Under the pieces are notes generated by a model that saw only the letters and a program-made list of their open reading frames with translations, searched no databases and was not told the DNA's origin. A DNA stretch of 64,000 bases, taken from assembly GCA_026770705.1 (NCBI GenBank), contig JANJGN010000019.1:86304001-86368000 (forward strand), given 5' to 3'. Below are positions 49,275-61,060 of this stretch, piece by piece (position 1 is the first letter of the stretch; the number at the start of each line of letters is the position of its first letter). A program made the translations under genes and the position numbers. This DNA is from Isurus oxyrinchus. Taxonomy: Eukaryota.

Positions 49275-50528
49275 AAAAGGAGTCTGCAACTAATACAGGT
49301 GATACTGGCTCAGAATGCTCCCATTGACACTGAAGTTAAGAATTTGGAGGACCTAGAGATTGATTTAAAAACTTTGAAAAATCAGTGACCTTCAATTTAT
49401 AGGTAAGCCAAGATGGTTACCACTGACGTGGTCATTGACCAACTCCTGCCAGAAGCTCATCATAGGAAAAGAAAGAAATTTTTGTGATGAAAGTAAACCA
49501 GGCACTGAAGCTTCTGTTTCGGACAAACGGCAGAAACTGTAATCAAACAGGGAATATTTTACAAGGTTATAGATAAAGTGTGTGAAGGCATATAGCAGTG
49601 GTTTCAGACAACATTTCAGATAAACAATATGTCTGGATTTCTTTGGTTTTATCTTGATAAAACTGATGAGGAATTATAAATGACTGCAAGAAATTTGCTA
49701 CAAAGTGCAAAGATCACAGGTCAGGACAAAAGTTACTAGGTGAAGTGTTGCAGCTAAAGGCAATTCACAGAGCAAGTCTGAGTAATGAGTCACTGCCTCC
49801 ACTTTGTCTTCTTAACAAAATCGCAAAGCTGAAGTTGGAATATTTATTTGCTCGCATATACATTGCTCTGCGTATTTTTTGAAAGTGCCCATGACTTGCT
49901 TCAGCAGAGAGGTCTTTCAGGAAGCTGAAGCTGATTAAGGGTCATCTGAGGAGAACCATGAGCCAAGAAATATTAGTTGATTTAACAATTTTAAGCATTG
50001 AAAGTGAATCAGCAAGAAATATTAATTTTGATGACGTTATTGATTCATTTGCTGTCGTGAATGCTAGAAAAGGCTTTTTCGTTGAGATATACTTGATTCA
50101 CTTTTATTTCAAAGCTTCATGTTTATCCTGGTGTCACTCCTTTATTCTCAAATGTGGAAAGCTAAACTTTGTTGAAATACAATTTTCGCAATTTCAATTT
50201 TTTCTCTTTATATTCTATGAATTTTCAGTCCTATTAGTTTCTTAGATGCACTTGTGAAAAAAAAGACTCTTACAGCCCCTTCACTTTTTGTCATAAAAAC
50301 TGAGTCATACTAACATAACATCAGTAATGGATGAATAAAAACTGAAAACATTTGAAATACACGGAGGCTACACTGAACATGAAGAGTTTCAATTAAAGAA
50401 AATCAACTGGTGAATCTAGAAAGGGGAAAAAATAACATTTATGATTGCAGGGGAGGGGGTGAACCAGATGATAAGGGACCCCAAAACAGGAGAAGCACCA
50501 ATGCTCATGATTTCTCTCCCTGGCCCTA
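49275..50528 (+). mobile_element. hAT transposon 3' remnant (C-terminal dimerisation domain) nested in the Copia element
   Basis: ASAERSFRKLKLIKGHLRRTMSQEILVDLTILSIESESARNINFDDVIDSFA; TIR-like end tggcccta. Confidence 0.85.
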
Positions 50529-50967
50529 GTTAAAGTTCAAAGTATATTCTACCATGGAACACCCATCTGTTTTCCGAAATTCATCACATTCCAACTATGC
50601 CTCATAGGCATTTAACAGATCATCTTTCTCATGGTTTTCATTCAGGAACTGCAAAGGAAGGTCCAAGCATTCATCGGTATCCAACTGAGAGGCATCCATC
50701 TCACAAAATACTTCACTTCTGATCTTGTTTCTTGTAGGAAGCAACAATGCCAAAACCATACCTTGTTTCCTTTTGGTAGTGATGTAACCTATGCCCACAT
50801 ATCTACTTAATTCTTCCCCTGGTTTTTTGGTTCAGACTCTGAGAAGCTGGGGGTCATCATACCCTGACAATTTACACTTGCGTTCTGGCATTTTCTGCTA
50901 CGGCCACCAGGATTTCAGTTTTCTGCTTGAATTCTTTATCTTGGTTTCCAACCTTCACCTTAAGGCA

Positions 50968-50985
50968 AACCATTCTTTACTACCA
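50968..50985 (-). other. Primer-binding site complementary to initiator tRNA-Met
   Basis: tggtagtaaagaatggtt versus the iMet complement tggtagcagaggatggtt, directly after the 5' LTR. Confidence 0.75.
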
Positions 50986-51018
50986 TGTTACATTTCAGAA
51001 ATCCAGATGGTGAAGGAT

Positions 51019-51122
51019 CTGAAGAAGAGTCATAAGGACTCAAAATGTTAACTCTGTTTTTTTTCCTCTCCACAGATGCTGTTAAGCCTGCTGAGTTTTT
51101 CCAGCGTTCTCTGTTTTCGTTG
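51019..51122 (+). mobile_element. Penelope-like pLTR fragment inside the Copia 5' LTR
   Basis: ctgaagaagagtcataaggactcaaaatgttaact..; 11-bp TSD tggtgaaggat at 51008-51018 and 51123-51133. Confidence 0.85.
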
Positions 51123-51349
51123 TGGTGAAGGATAGAACTGGAACCAAGCTTTGCACGCTTTTATAGGTTTATATTTCCAGAGATACACATTACAAGCATG
51201 CACCTTCTAACTCAACAGTTCAGTATATTCCTATTTGTAGAAGTACAAGTGAATCCCCAGTTCTTGCCCACTGCCTGCATAAAATTAATATACAATTAGC
51301 AGAGACCAGAACTGGACACAGTGTTCAAGGCAGGGACTGACGAATGCAA

Positions 51350-51930
51350 TTTAGACAAGTACAAAAAATAATTGAAAAGGCTGTTGGAATGTTGACTTTT
51401 ATCTCAGCTGTATAGCGCTCTGGAGTACTGCATTCAGTTCTGGGCACTATACCTCATAAAGGACAATTGGTCTCAACCAGGAAGCTGTGTAGATTCATCA
51501 GAATTATGCCTGGGTTAAAAGGATTAAATTATGAGGACACATGTTCCATGGGCTGAGCGTGCATTCCCTCGTGTGTAGAAGATTAAGGGTGAACTAATTG
51601 AGGTGTTTAGGATGATTAGAGGATTCATAGGGTAGACAAGAGAAAAACTACTTCCCCTGGTGAAGGAGTCCAGAACTAACAGGGGCAACCTTAAAATTCG
51701 AGCTAGGCAAATAGGAGTGATGTTAGAAGCACTTCCTCCACAAAGGGCAGTGGAACCCTGAAAGTCTGTTGAGGCTGGGATTCAAAATATCAAAAGTGAG
51801 ACTGATAAATATGTAGCCCGAAAATGAATTAAGGGTCACTGGACCAAGACAGATGAATGGAATTGAAAGAATCTGCTGATTGCATGTCAGAGCAGGCTCA
51901 AGGGGCTGAATGGCTTACACATGTACATAT
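51350..51930 (+). mobile_element. CR1 3' fragment
   Basis: ctggagtactgcattcagttctgggcac (LEYCIQFWA)...caggctcaaggggctgaatggc. Confidence 0.85.
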
Positions 51931-52459
51931 GTTCATATATATACAGTTTGAAAATTACCTCTTACTTATTTTCTACTGTTTTGATCTTGTAGTTCAACAT
52001 CACATAGTCCTTCATTTATTGCTACTCTGCTTTAGGTAGACATGCTTAGCATCAAGTCTATTGTGTCAGCTTCATTCTGGGCTGTTTCAACATCAGTAAT
52101 GGCATTTGTGTGTGGTCTCTTTTTTCTTCCTATGCATTGCATTCTGTAGTGGTCTGCATTAGGTTACATCTCTTGTCTACCCTTGCATATCTCATCCAGC
52201 TCATCCTTTAGATTCTGAACTGCTGCTTTCAAATTCCACTGACCCTCCTCATTTGATGTCACCTTTGAATTTGACAACTTTGTTTGAGTTTCTGAATCCT
52301 AGTGTAAACTAGAAACAGTAATGTTCTCGACACTGAACTCTGAGACACTGGAGCTCGAGAAGTGATTTTTCTGGTCTCTGATGAATAAGGGCAGATCGAC
52401 AACATCTATCCCAATTTGACAATTCCCTCAAATGATCCTTTATATATCACACTATATCA

Positions 52460-52820
52460 TGTATCTTGACAGTGCAGAATGAGACCATTTGGCCCATCAA
52501 GTCTGCCCTGGCTCTCTGAAAGAGCATTCCACCTAGTCCCACTCCCCTGCCGTATCCCCGTAACCTTGTACATTCTCCCTTTTCACATAGAAATCCAATT
52601 ATCTTTTGAATACCTCAATCAAACCTGCTTCCACCAACCTTTCATGAAGTTTGTCCCAGACTCCAACCACCCTCTGTGAAAAGATTTTTCCTCACATCAC
52701 ATTTACTCCTTTTGCCAATTATTTTGAATCTGTGCCTCTGGTTCTTGATGTTCTTGAGTGGGAAGTTTCTCACTGTTTACCCTGTCCATACCCCTCAAGA
52801 TCTTGAATGCCTCTATCAAA
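52460..52820 (-). mobile_element. CR1 3' fragment
   Basis: gaccatttggcccatcaagtctg...aaccaccctctgtgaaaagatttttcctc. Confidence 0.75.
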
Positions 52821-55800
52821 TAAAACAACAAATAGTAGCACTTATTAAATATGAGCAATAAAGTTGAGCACAATCAGCGATTCCATTATAAATTGTGCCC
52901 AAAATTGCAGTCAATTGAAAATAATTTCTTTTCCATCACCCCCAACGATGTTTCTGCTCAGACTCGTTTGCATATTGTTGAGCCCAAAAGCTGCCATGGA
53001 CTGCTGCAATCAGGCAGCGCTTTAAAATGTAATTTTAAAAAAGAAAATTGTGCTTCAAAAGATGCTCCTTAATATATGAATATATTTAAGAGTGGTGCAA
53101 TTTGATTAATACAGCTTAAAATGGATTTAATCACAAAAATAAACAATTTTAATCTGTTACTAGTTCACCAGCTGTGAGTGACCTGACTTTAAGTTGCTAA
53201 AAAAAATGACTTTAAAAAATATACAAAATTATTTTCTAGTTATATTGGGGTGCAGTAGTCAGCTCCTCAGTAATTTGAAAAAGTTACATTCAAAACTTTT
53301 TAAAACCTATTAGCGTCCATTCACCCAAAGGCTCCAACTGTGGTTTTAGAAACTCCTGCAGAGGTTGGAAATGTGCACAATTGCAGAAACTCCCAAGGAT
53401 GATTAATCCACCCTGAAGGAACAGCCAGTTTTATTGCTGCGCTGTTTTAAAAACGAGCATAAAAGATCGCAGAAACTCTAAACTATGCTTAAAATTCTGT
53501 GATCTATTGCTTCAGTTATGTTGATTTCAGGCGAATAGCCCTGAAAAAAAAATTACACTGAGCAAAACCTCTAGGCCATAAGCGCCATGGAGGCAGGGAG
53601 ACAATAGGATGGGGTCTGTTTGAATCAGATGCAACAAACAATTCCTGTGCTCCAACTTTTAACCTGATTCCAAAGATGGAAAAAACAGTTTGAATTTTTC
53701 AAATCCCACTAAAAATCAGTAATACTGGCACTAGTAATACTGGAGTTCCGTTTTAAGGTATACAAGACCAGTTCAGACAAGTTTTACTAATACCCTTCAT
53801 TTTCAAGTTTTACTGCTTTTTCCTTAAGATGCAAGGTCATTTTGAACACCAGTGTTTCCAATAAGGCTATAGCAGTCAATAGGCTACCATTTAACTCAGG
53901 GAGTTCCAACAGTTATAGGAAGGCATAGAAGTTCCAACATGGAAACAGGTCATACAGCCAACAGACCCATGCTAGCATTTATCCTCCCACATGAGCAAGT
54001 AGTTCTAATTCCAATCACTCACTCTCTTTCCCATATTTCTTCAACATTTTTATTCATGCACCTATCCAATCTCCTGTCACATCTTGACCCTGTTTTCAAA
54101 TTCCCCACAGCTTTTAGCTGCTCTAAATCCAGTACTTAGCAGGATAGTATGGGTCAAGTTCTGCCTCCAGTTCATCAAGATATCAGCAGTCAAATGGCAA
54201 GACGGAGAATACCATCAGAATTAAAAAATCAATCCTAGAAAAAAAGCACTAGAGTGTAGGGTTGCCAATCCTCTAGGATTGGCAACCAGGGATTAAAGTT
54301 TAATTGCTAGAACACTGCTACGAGCGAGCTATAGGGCCATTAAAAAATTCTGTTTAAAAAAAAATAGCCTGAAGTTTTTAAAAATTTATTTTTTCATGGG
54401 ATTTGGGCATCCCTGGCAGGGCCAGCATTTGTTGCCCATTCCTAATCACCGTTGAACTCAGCAACCTGCTAGGCCATTTCAGAGGGCAGATAAAAGTCGA
54501 CCAAATTACTGTGGGTCTGGAGTCACATGTAGGCCAGACAGGTAAGGATGAAAGGGCAGTAGTGAACCAGAGGGGGTTTTATACAACAATCAATGATGGT
54601 TGTCATGCTCACCATTACTGAGACAAGCTTTATATTCCAGATTTTGTTAATTGAATTTAAATTACACCAGCTGCCATGGCGGGATTTGGATCCATGTACC
54701 CAGAGCATTAGCCTGGGCCTCTGGATTACTACCACTATGTCACCATCTCCCCTAAAGTGTGTTTATTAATTTCCCTTTTGAACCTCCATCCCCTGCTCCG
54801 TGTACCTTTCCTAGGTACTTCCTCTTTTAGCTGTGAGACTTTTTGCTAGCTCCCTGCTGACAACCTTTATATATCATCCCTCTTTCTGAGCTGTAAAGAA
54901 TGACTGAAGAGATCCATTTGACCCTTCAGGGGCCGATTGCTGATATTGTGCTGCCATTAGGGAGCCTTGACCACCAGTACCGCTTGGTACAAATTTTGGC
55001 GTGAGCTGTGCGGCTTTTATGGAAAGCAGGAACACTCTACACCCAAATTTCCAGTATGTGCTCCCTGTGATGGGGAGATGGTTCTCACAATTGGGAGCAC
55101 AGTGGGAAACTGCAAGCCTCCTGTTCCCATCCTCTTTAACCTCTCCATGACATGAGTCAGCAGGTCTAATACTGTACTTTCACAAGTCAGGGAGGGATGA
55201 GGAAGGCTATTCAGCCCATCTTAATTCATCAATTCAGAGAGGTTCCTTTTTCCCTCACTTGCATCAGGCAATTATTTTTTAATTGGTTCTAGGGCTCTTC
55301 TCTCCACTGTTCTGTCCAAGGGTCTGTTCCATATGATGATTTTTTAAAAAATTTGTTCATGGCTAGGCCAGCATTTATTGCCCATCCCTAATTGCCCTTG
55401 GTCAGAGGACATTTAAGAGAACCTCATTGCTGTGGGTCTTGAGTCACATGTAGGCCAGGCCAGATAAGTACAGTAGATTTCTTTCCGTAAAGGGTACTAG
55501 TGAACCAGATGGGTTTTTAACAACAATCACTTCATGGTTATCAATCAGGCTTTTAATTTCAGATTTTTATTGAATTCAAATTTCACCATCTGCCATGGTG
55601 GGATTTGAACCCAGGTCCCCAGATCTCTGGATTAATAGTCCACTGACAATGCCACCACCTCCTCCTAAATCAGTCAGTGTTCCAGGAACCTCCTGATATC
55701 AGTCCTTAAGTTCCCTTTTACTTGAACTTGTTCTATTCTCACAATGCCACATAGAGCAGTATTCCAGATTTATCTTTCCCCAGTGCCCTTTACTATCCTA

Positions 55801-56269
55801 GATATTTTGATAAGATACTCGTTCAGTCGCCTCTTCCTCAGGCTTCTGTCCAGTTTTTCCTCAAAGCTCAGACTGCTGAGACTTTTGTCTCTCCCATTCC
55901 TCTCACTTCTTTCATTTTTCCAGCCATATTAAAAGGATTCAGTTTCCAGTTTTGAGCAAGAATCTATACACTAAATATTAACCTGTCTTTTCTCCTTACA
56001 AAGCATTGATGGGCCTTCTCTGTATTTCCAGCAATTTCAGTTCTCACTTCAGATTTCCAGCTTTGCAGGTTCCCCTTTAAAAACTTCTGTTAATTTGCTT
56101 GGTTTCCATATTACCACTGACTTCAACGATCTTCCTATCTAAAGAACCGTCTCCCCCTGCCTCCACAATCACATTGCCGTAATCTTGAGGATGTGATAGG
56201 TCCAGTGATGTGTCCTCCCTGCCAAGGAACGACATAAGTCTGCATAAATGTGACTTGTGTTCCCTTGAG

Positions 56270-56620
56270 TTAACATGGCTGAGGGCTGATCTGATCAAAG
56301 TGTCTAAAAAGAGTCAATGGAGTAGATAGTGAGCAACTATTTCCTCCGGTAGGGGAATCCAGAACACAGTCTTAAAATTAGAACTAGGCTGTTCAGGGGA
56401 AAAAAAAACTCAAGAAGCCCCCCTTTTCACTCAAAGGTTTGTTGAAAGCTGGAACTCTCCACCCCCAAAAGCTTGTGGAGCTTTCGAGACTGAGGCTGGT
56501 AGATGGTTGTCAGGTTAAGATCTCAAGGGATATAGAGCAAAGCAGGGTAGAGTTAATATGCACGATTGAATGGCAGGACAGGCTCAATGGGGCTGAATGG
56601 CCTTCTCCTGTTCTATATCT
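56270..56620 (+). mobile_element. CR1 3' fragment
   Basis: gagggctgatctgatcaaagtg...attgaatggcaggacaggctcaatggggctgaatggccttctcctgttc. Confidence 0.8.
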
Positions 56621-57669
56621 GTCAGCAATCAGTGTGCTATGCCATGTGAGAGTTCTGTAAAATCCTCGCCCAGCCTATTGCCCAATAAGTGCTGTTTTTT
56701 TACCTCTTGAAACATGGGCATGCAGTTGTGCAGCTTTCGGGCCAATGACTGGTTTCCACACTATGACATCTGTATTCTATAAGCCGCATATAGTTTAGTG
56801 GCTCATTGTTGCCTGTTTAGACTCACCCAAGTCATCCACTGCTTAAGGCAATGGATAGATAAGCCACACCAATCAAGAAGGCTGCTCATTTCACTCCCAG
56901 TCTATACCAACTCAGCTGACCTCAGAGGGCTGACAATTGGCGCGTGATAATTGTCCTCAATACCCTCTGATGATGGAGGTGGAATACAGCCACTCCCGAT
57001 TGCTATAATATGTTCCTCCAAAGTGTGCCTGTATAGAGAGCAGCACTTAGCAATGTTTGTGAGGTATGATTAGAGCTGTGTAAATGTCAGGCTTTATTCT
57101 AAAATGATATCCTCGAGTGCAGGAGTTCAGTGAATCTGCTGTTGCTGCTGGTCATACTAGACCAGACAGGCAGACGTGCAAGGAGAGATGTTTGTCCGCA
57201 GAAAGGTTTTTTTCCACGCCCAGAGCTCTGAGCTGATAGTGGCTGCTTTCTCTAATCTCTCAGTGCCAGGTTGTTAGAGAATCATCACAGATCTCAGAAC
57301 ACTGAAAGCAAACAAGCTATGGTTTTATGATGCTAAACTCCCCCTGAACTTTGCCTTCCCTCCCTGCAAGAAGGGGTCAATTTGCACTCAAAAGGTTCCC
57401 TTTCCAAACACTCGAACATTGCACTGCGCTGTTTGTGTGTGACTGCGTGTCACAGCCATACATCATGACAGCATGTGAGAACTGTGTGTGTATCCTGACT
57501 GAGTGACATGACCATTAAATGAAAGGCTCACTCCCACAACCATAGTAACAGCCCTAAATGGGGCAATGTATTCTTCTGTCTGCACCACGTGACAGTGCTG
57601 GAATGATAACATTACATATGTATTCTCTTTCGCTAAAGAAAAACCATTTATATTAAAACTAGGAGAGTG

Positions 57670-58075
57670 GGTGAGACGATGAGCTTTCAGTTCCAGAACT
57701 TGAATTCAGATCCAGCCCAGGCTGAAGGGGATGGAAGTCTCATCACTTTGTTTGCAGAGAGGGGCCTTTGTGAATCCAGCTTCATGTAGGCCTGGACCAA
57801 CAACAACAACTTTGCATTTATCTAGCACTTTAACATAGGGAAAGATATCCTATGGCGCTTCACAGGAGAGGAGTATTGCCCAAAATCTGACACTGCACCA
57901 CATTAGGTGATATTAGGACTGGTGAAAGAGGTGTATTTTAAGGAACCTCTTAAACAAGGTGAGAGAGGGAGGTAGAGAGGTTTAGGGAGGAAACTCCAAC
58001 ACAAACTTGTCCCTGATTTGGCACTAATTAGTAATGTCTCTCGGAGACCACTGGCTAGTGTGGGAAATGGGAAAC
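57670..58075 (+). mobile_element. LF-SINE-like relic interrupted by an L2 3' fragment (~57800-57995, minus strand)
   Basis: gagctttc..ttcagatccagcccagg..gaagtctcatcac..ggcctttgtgaa, then tttggcactaatt after the L2 insert; resembles the LF-SINE consensus as I recall it. Confidence 0.5.
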
Positions 58076-58097
58076 AAATATTATATTTGATGAGGGT

Positions 58098-58215
58098 CCT
58101 GATGGAAGGTCATCAACCTGAAACATGAACTCTTTCTCTTTCCACAGATGCTGCCTGACATCCAGTACTTTGTGTTTTTATTTCAGATTTCCTGCATCTG
58201 CGGTATTTTGCCTTT
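58098..58215 (+). mobile_element. Penelope-like pLTR fragment
   Basis: ctgatggaaggtcatcaacctgaaacatgaactc...ccacagatgctgcctgac; flanks tatatttgatgagggtcct / tacatttgatggggcct. Confidence 0.75.
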
Positions 58216-58369
58216 ACATTTGATGGGGCCTGGTTGGGATGAGAGAAAGCGCAAGCCCCTCAAGAGGAAGCTACCTTATTGTCCCCATCTGTGGTTGGAC
58301 ACACTAGTCAGTTATAGCGTTCACCTCTGAGCCACAAGATCATGGGTTTAAGTTCCATTCCAGAGACAA

Positions 58370-58850
58370 GAGCTGCCTTCTTGAACTGCTGCAATCCATG
58401 TGGCATTGGTACACCCAGGTCGGTAGGAAGAGAGTTTCAAGATTTTGACCCAGTGACAGTGGAGAAATGGCAATATAGTTCCAATTCAGGATGGTGGGTG
58501 ACTTGGTGGGGGGAACTTGCAGGTGGTGGTTTTCCCTTGTGTCTACTTTTCTTGTCCTAGGTGGTAGAAGTCACAGGTTTGGAAGGTGCTGTTGAAGGAG
58601 CCTTGATGAGTTCCTGTGGTGTATCTTGTAGATGGTACACACTGCTGCCACTGTGCAGATGGTGGGAGTGAATGTTTAAGGTGTTGAATAGGGTGCCAAT
58701 CAAGCGGGCTGCTTTGTTCTGGATGGTGTTGAGCTTCTTGAGTGTTGTTGGAGCTACACGCATCCAGGCAAGCGGAGTGTACTCCATCGTGCTCCTGACT
58801 TGAGCTTTGTATGTAGTGGAAGAGCTTTGGGGGGTCAGGAGGTGAGTTTA
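58370..58850 (-). mobile_element. Zenon/Crack-like non-LTR retrotransposon fragment
   Basis: ORF MEYTPLAWMRVAPTTLKKLNTIQNKAARLIG. Confidence 0.8.
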
Positions 58851-59456
58851 TCATAGAAAGTTTATGCATAAAAGAGGCCAATTGGCCCATTGTGTCTGCA
58901 CAGGCCTAATCCCAGCTTAATCCCATTTTCAAGCATTTGGTCTGTGGCCCTGGAGAAAACTTGAGGTGCAAAACTACACAACTTTTAAATGAGTTGAGGG
59001 TTTCTTTTTTTTAATTCATTCATGGGATGTGGGCTTTGCTGGCTAGGCCAACATTTATTTCCCATCCTTAGTTGCCATTGAGAAGGTGGTGGTCCAGTTA
59101 AGTTTCTGGTCAATGGTAACCCCCAGAATGTTGATGATGGGGGATTCAACGATGGTAATGCTGTTGAGTGAGAAGTTTTGTCTTGTTGGAGATGGTCATT
59201 GCCTGGCACTCGTGCAAATGCTAGTTCTCCTAATGTCTCCTTCCTTGATTTGGCATCAATATTTGGCTGGTTATGCTCCTCTGTAGTGCCTTGGGAGATT
59301 TTAGTATCTTAAAGGTGCCATATAAATGCAAGCCGTTGTTGATACTCTATAAAAGGATGAGTTAGGTGGGCTGAACAGTCTTCAGTATCTGCATTTCCCT
59401 TTTTTAGTAGTTTGATTGTGCCCTCCTCTGTGCATAAACAGGGCAAAGTATCGTGT

Positions 59457-59470
59457 GTTGCCATGACGAC
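59457..59470. promoter_or_regulatory. RFX X-box-like motif
   Basis: gttgccatgacgac versus GTTGCCATGGCAAC; motif match only. Confidence 0.3.
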
Positions 59471-60597
59471 ACCAACCTTTAGAGGTAAAACAAACAGTGC
59501 AAGATAAAGAATGGTGAAGGCAAAGAACAAAGTCTAGATATAGTATGTGACAAGATAGAGGTCGTGACTTTGATCCTCCACCTCCCAGCCCCAGTGAGAT
59601 ACCTCGGTTTACTCCACTGCTTAATGTGCCAGAGGCCAAAAGCTCCTTTTACTCTATCGGTTACTGCCAGAGGAGCAGCTGACGAAAGAGGTAGTACCCC
59701 CCAGTTAACTCTCACTTCTGGCTGCGAGTAATCAGAAGGGAGCAGTGCAACAACTCCAAAGGACAAAGCCGACGTGGCTACAGTGGCGGGATGAGAAGTT
59801 AAGTTAATGTTGTTAAATAAAAGAGAATGGGCTTGGTGCAGCTGCCACTCATGGGCGCTTCAAAGTAAAGCTGCTGGCTCAGGTGATTTGTGAGGCAGCA
59901 TACTGCGCTGACCACCTTCCATATTAGAAAAGTGTGTTTGATAGGTCCCTCTACTTGATATTCGTGCACCACCATGTTGCAATGTTGGTGCTATTGCATT
60001 AAGCTTCATGAATCTAGGTTCTTTCCCCAGAATCCTAAGAGGTCAGGGGAAGGATTGCAACACGTGTACAAAGATTTCCCCATTTAAATGCCACTAAACT
60101 ATTTTTCTTTTGGATGAGGCGCTTGCCCTGGAGTCAGAGGGTTTACATAAACTGATTTTTAAAATATGTAAATAGTGAGAGTTGCACATTCTGTTCCCAC
60201 TCTGTTTATCTAAACACAAAACTAGTAGGTTCATTCACCTTTCCACATGCTGCACTGCCAACCTTTCAGACACAGTGCTGCATGAAGTCTTAACATTACA
60301 TGCTAAGCTGCAATAAGGTATCACAGTGTCACATGGTGTGAGCCGGGTGCACAGTCACACCTTGCACTGATCATACCTAATTGCCACCAAGTGTGGCCAG
60401 AGAGTAAAGGAATGATACAGAGACGGACAAAAAAAACAGAAGAAAAATGTAAGGGAGGAGATGGCTGAGAAGAGACAGATGGAGAGCAAGGGATGGGTAA
60501 GAAACATGTAAATGGAGAACAAAGATGAGAAAAACATAGAAGAAAGCAAGAGCTTTGGCTAGCTGCAGGATGTCACAGAGCAGTAATTCACAGTGCC

Positions 60598-61060
60598 AGT
60601 GCTAGACTTGACTATTCCAATGTGCTCCTGGTCAGCCTTGCACACTCTACTCTCTGCAAATTTGAGGTTATCCAATACTCTTCTGCCCATATATAAACTT
60701 GCACCAAGTCCCGTTCTCCTGTGCTCACTGACCTACACCAGATCCCAGTCAAGCAACATCTGGATTTTGGAATTTTCATCCTTGCTTTCAAATCCCTCCA
60801 TGGCTCTGCCTCTTCCCTATTTCTGTACTCTCCTCCAGTCCCGCAACCCTTCGAGATATCTGCATTTATCCAATTTTGGTCCCTGATTTTAATTGCAACT
60901 AAACTGGCGGCTGTGTCCTCAGCTGTCTAGGCCCTGAGCTTTGTTACAGCATCACCTTACAGTGCTTGGCATCAAATTTTGCTTTATAATATTCCTGTCA
61001 AATACCTTGGGATGTTTTATAATATTAAAGGCACTATAGAAATGCAAGTTGTTGTTGTAT
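60598..61060 (+). mobile_element. L2 3' fragment
   Basis: agacttgactattccaatg...aaaggcactatagaaatgcaagttgttgttg. Confidence 0.85.

Larger units (their letters stand above)
45785..51294 (-). mobile_element. Decayed Ty1/Copia LTR retrotransposon, probable GalEa clade
   Basis: Homologous LTRs at 45785-45983 and 50986-51294; PBS tggtagtaaagaatggtt; PPT next to the 3' LTR; order gag-PR(AALDS)-INT(KLH..FAHP)-RT(KARLAAKGF, MHIDDFLWGG)-RNase H(FSDASHANL, SAETLAL, LLDCFSK). Confidence 0.85.

Noticed and set aside
49958-50245. ZMYM1-like host gene
   Set aside because: Only a decayed hAT dimerisation domain is present, next to a TIR-like end and nested in a retrotransposon.
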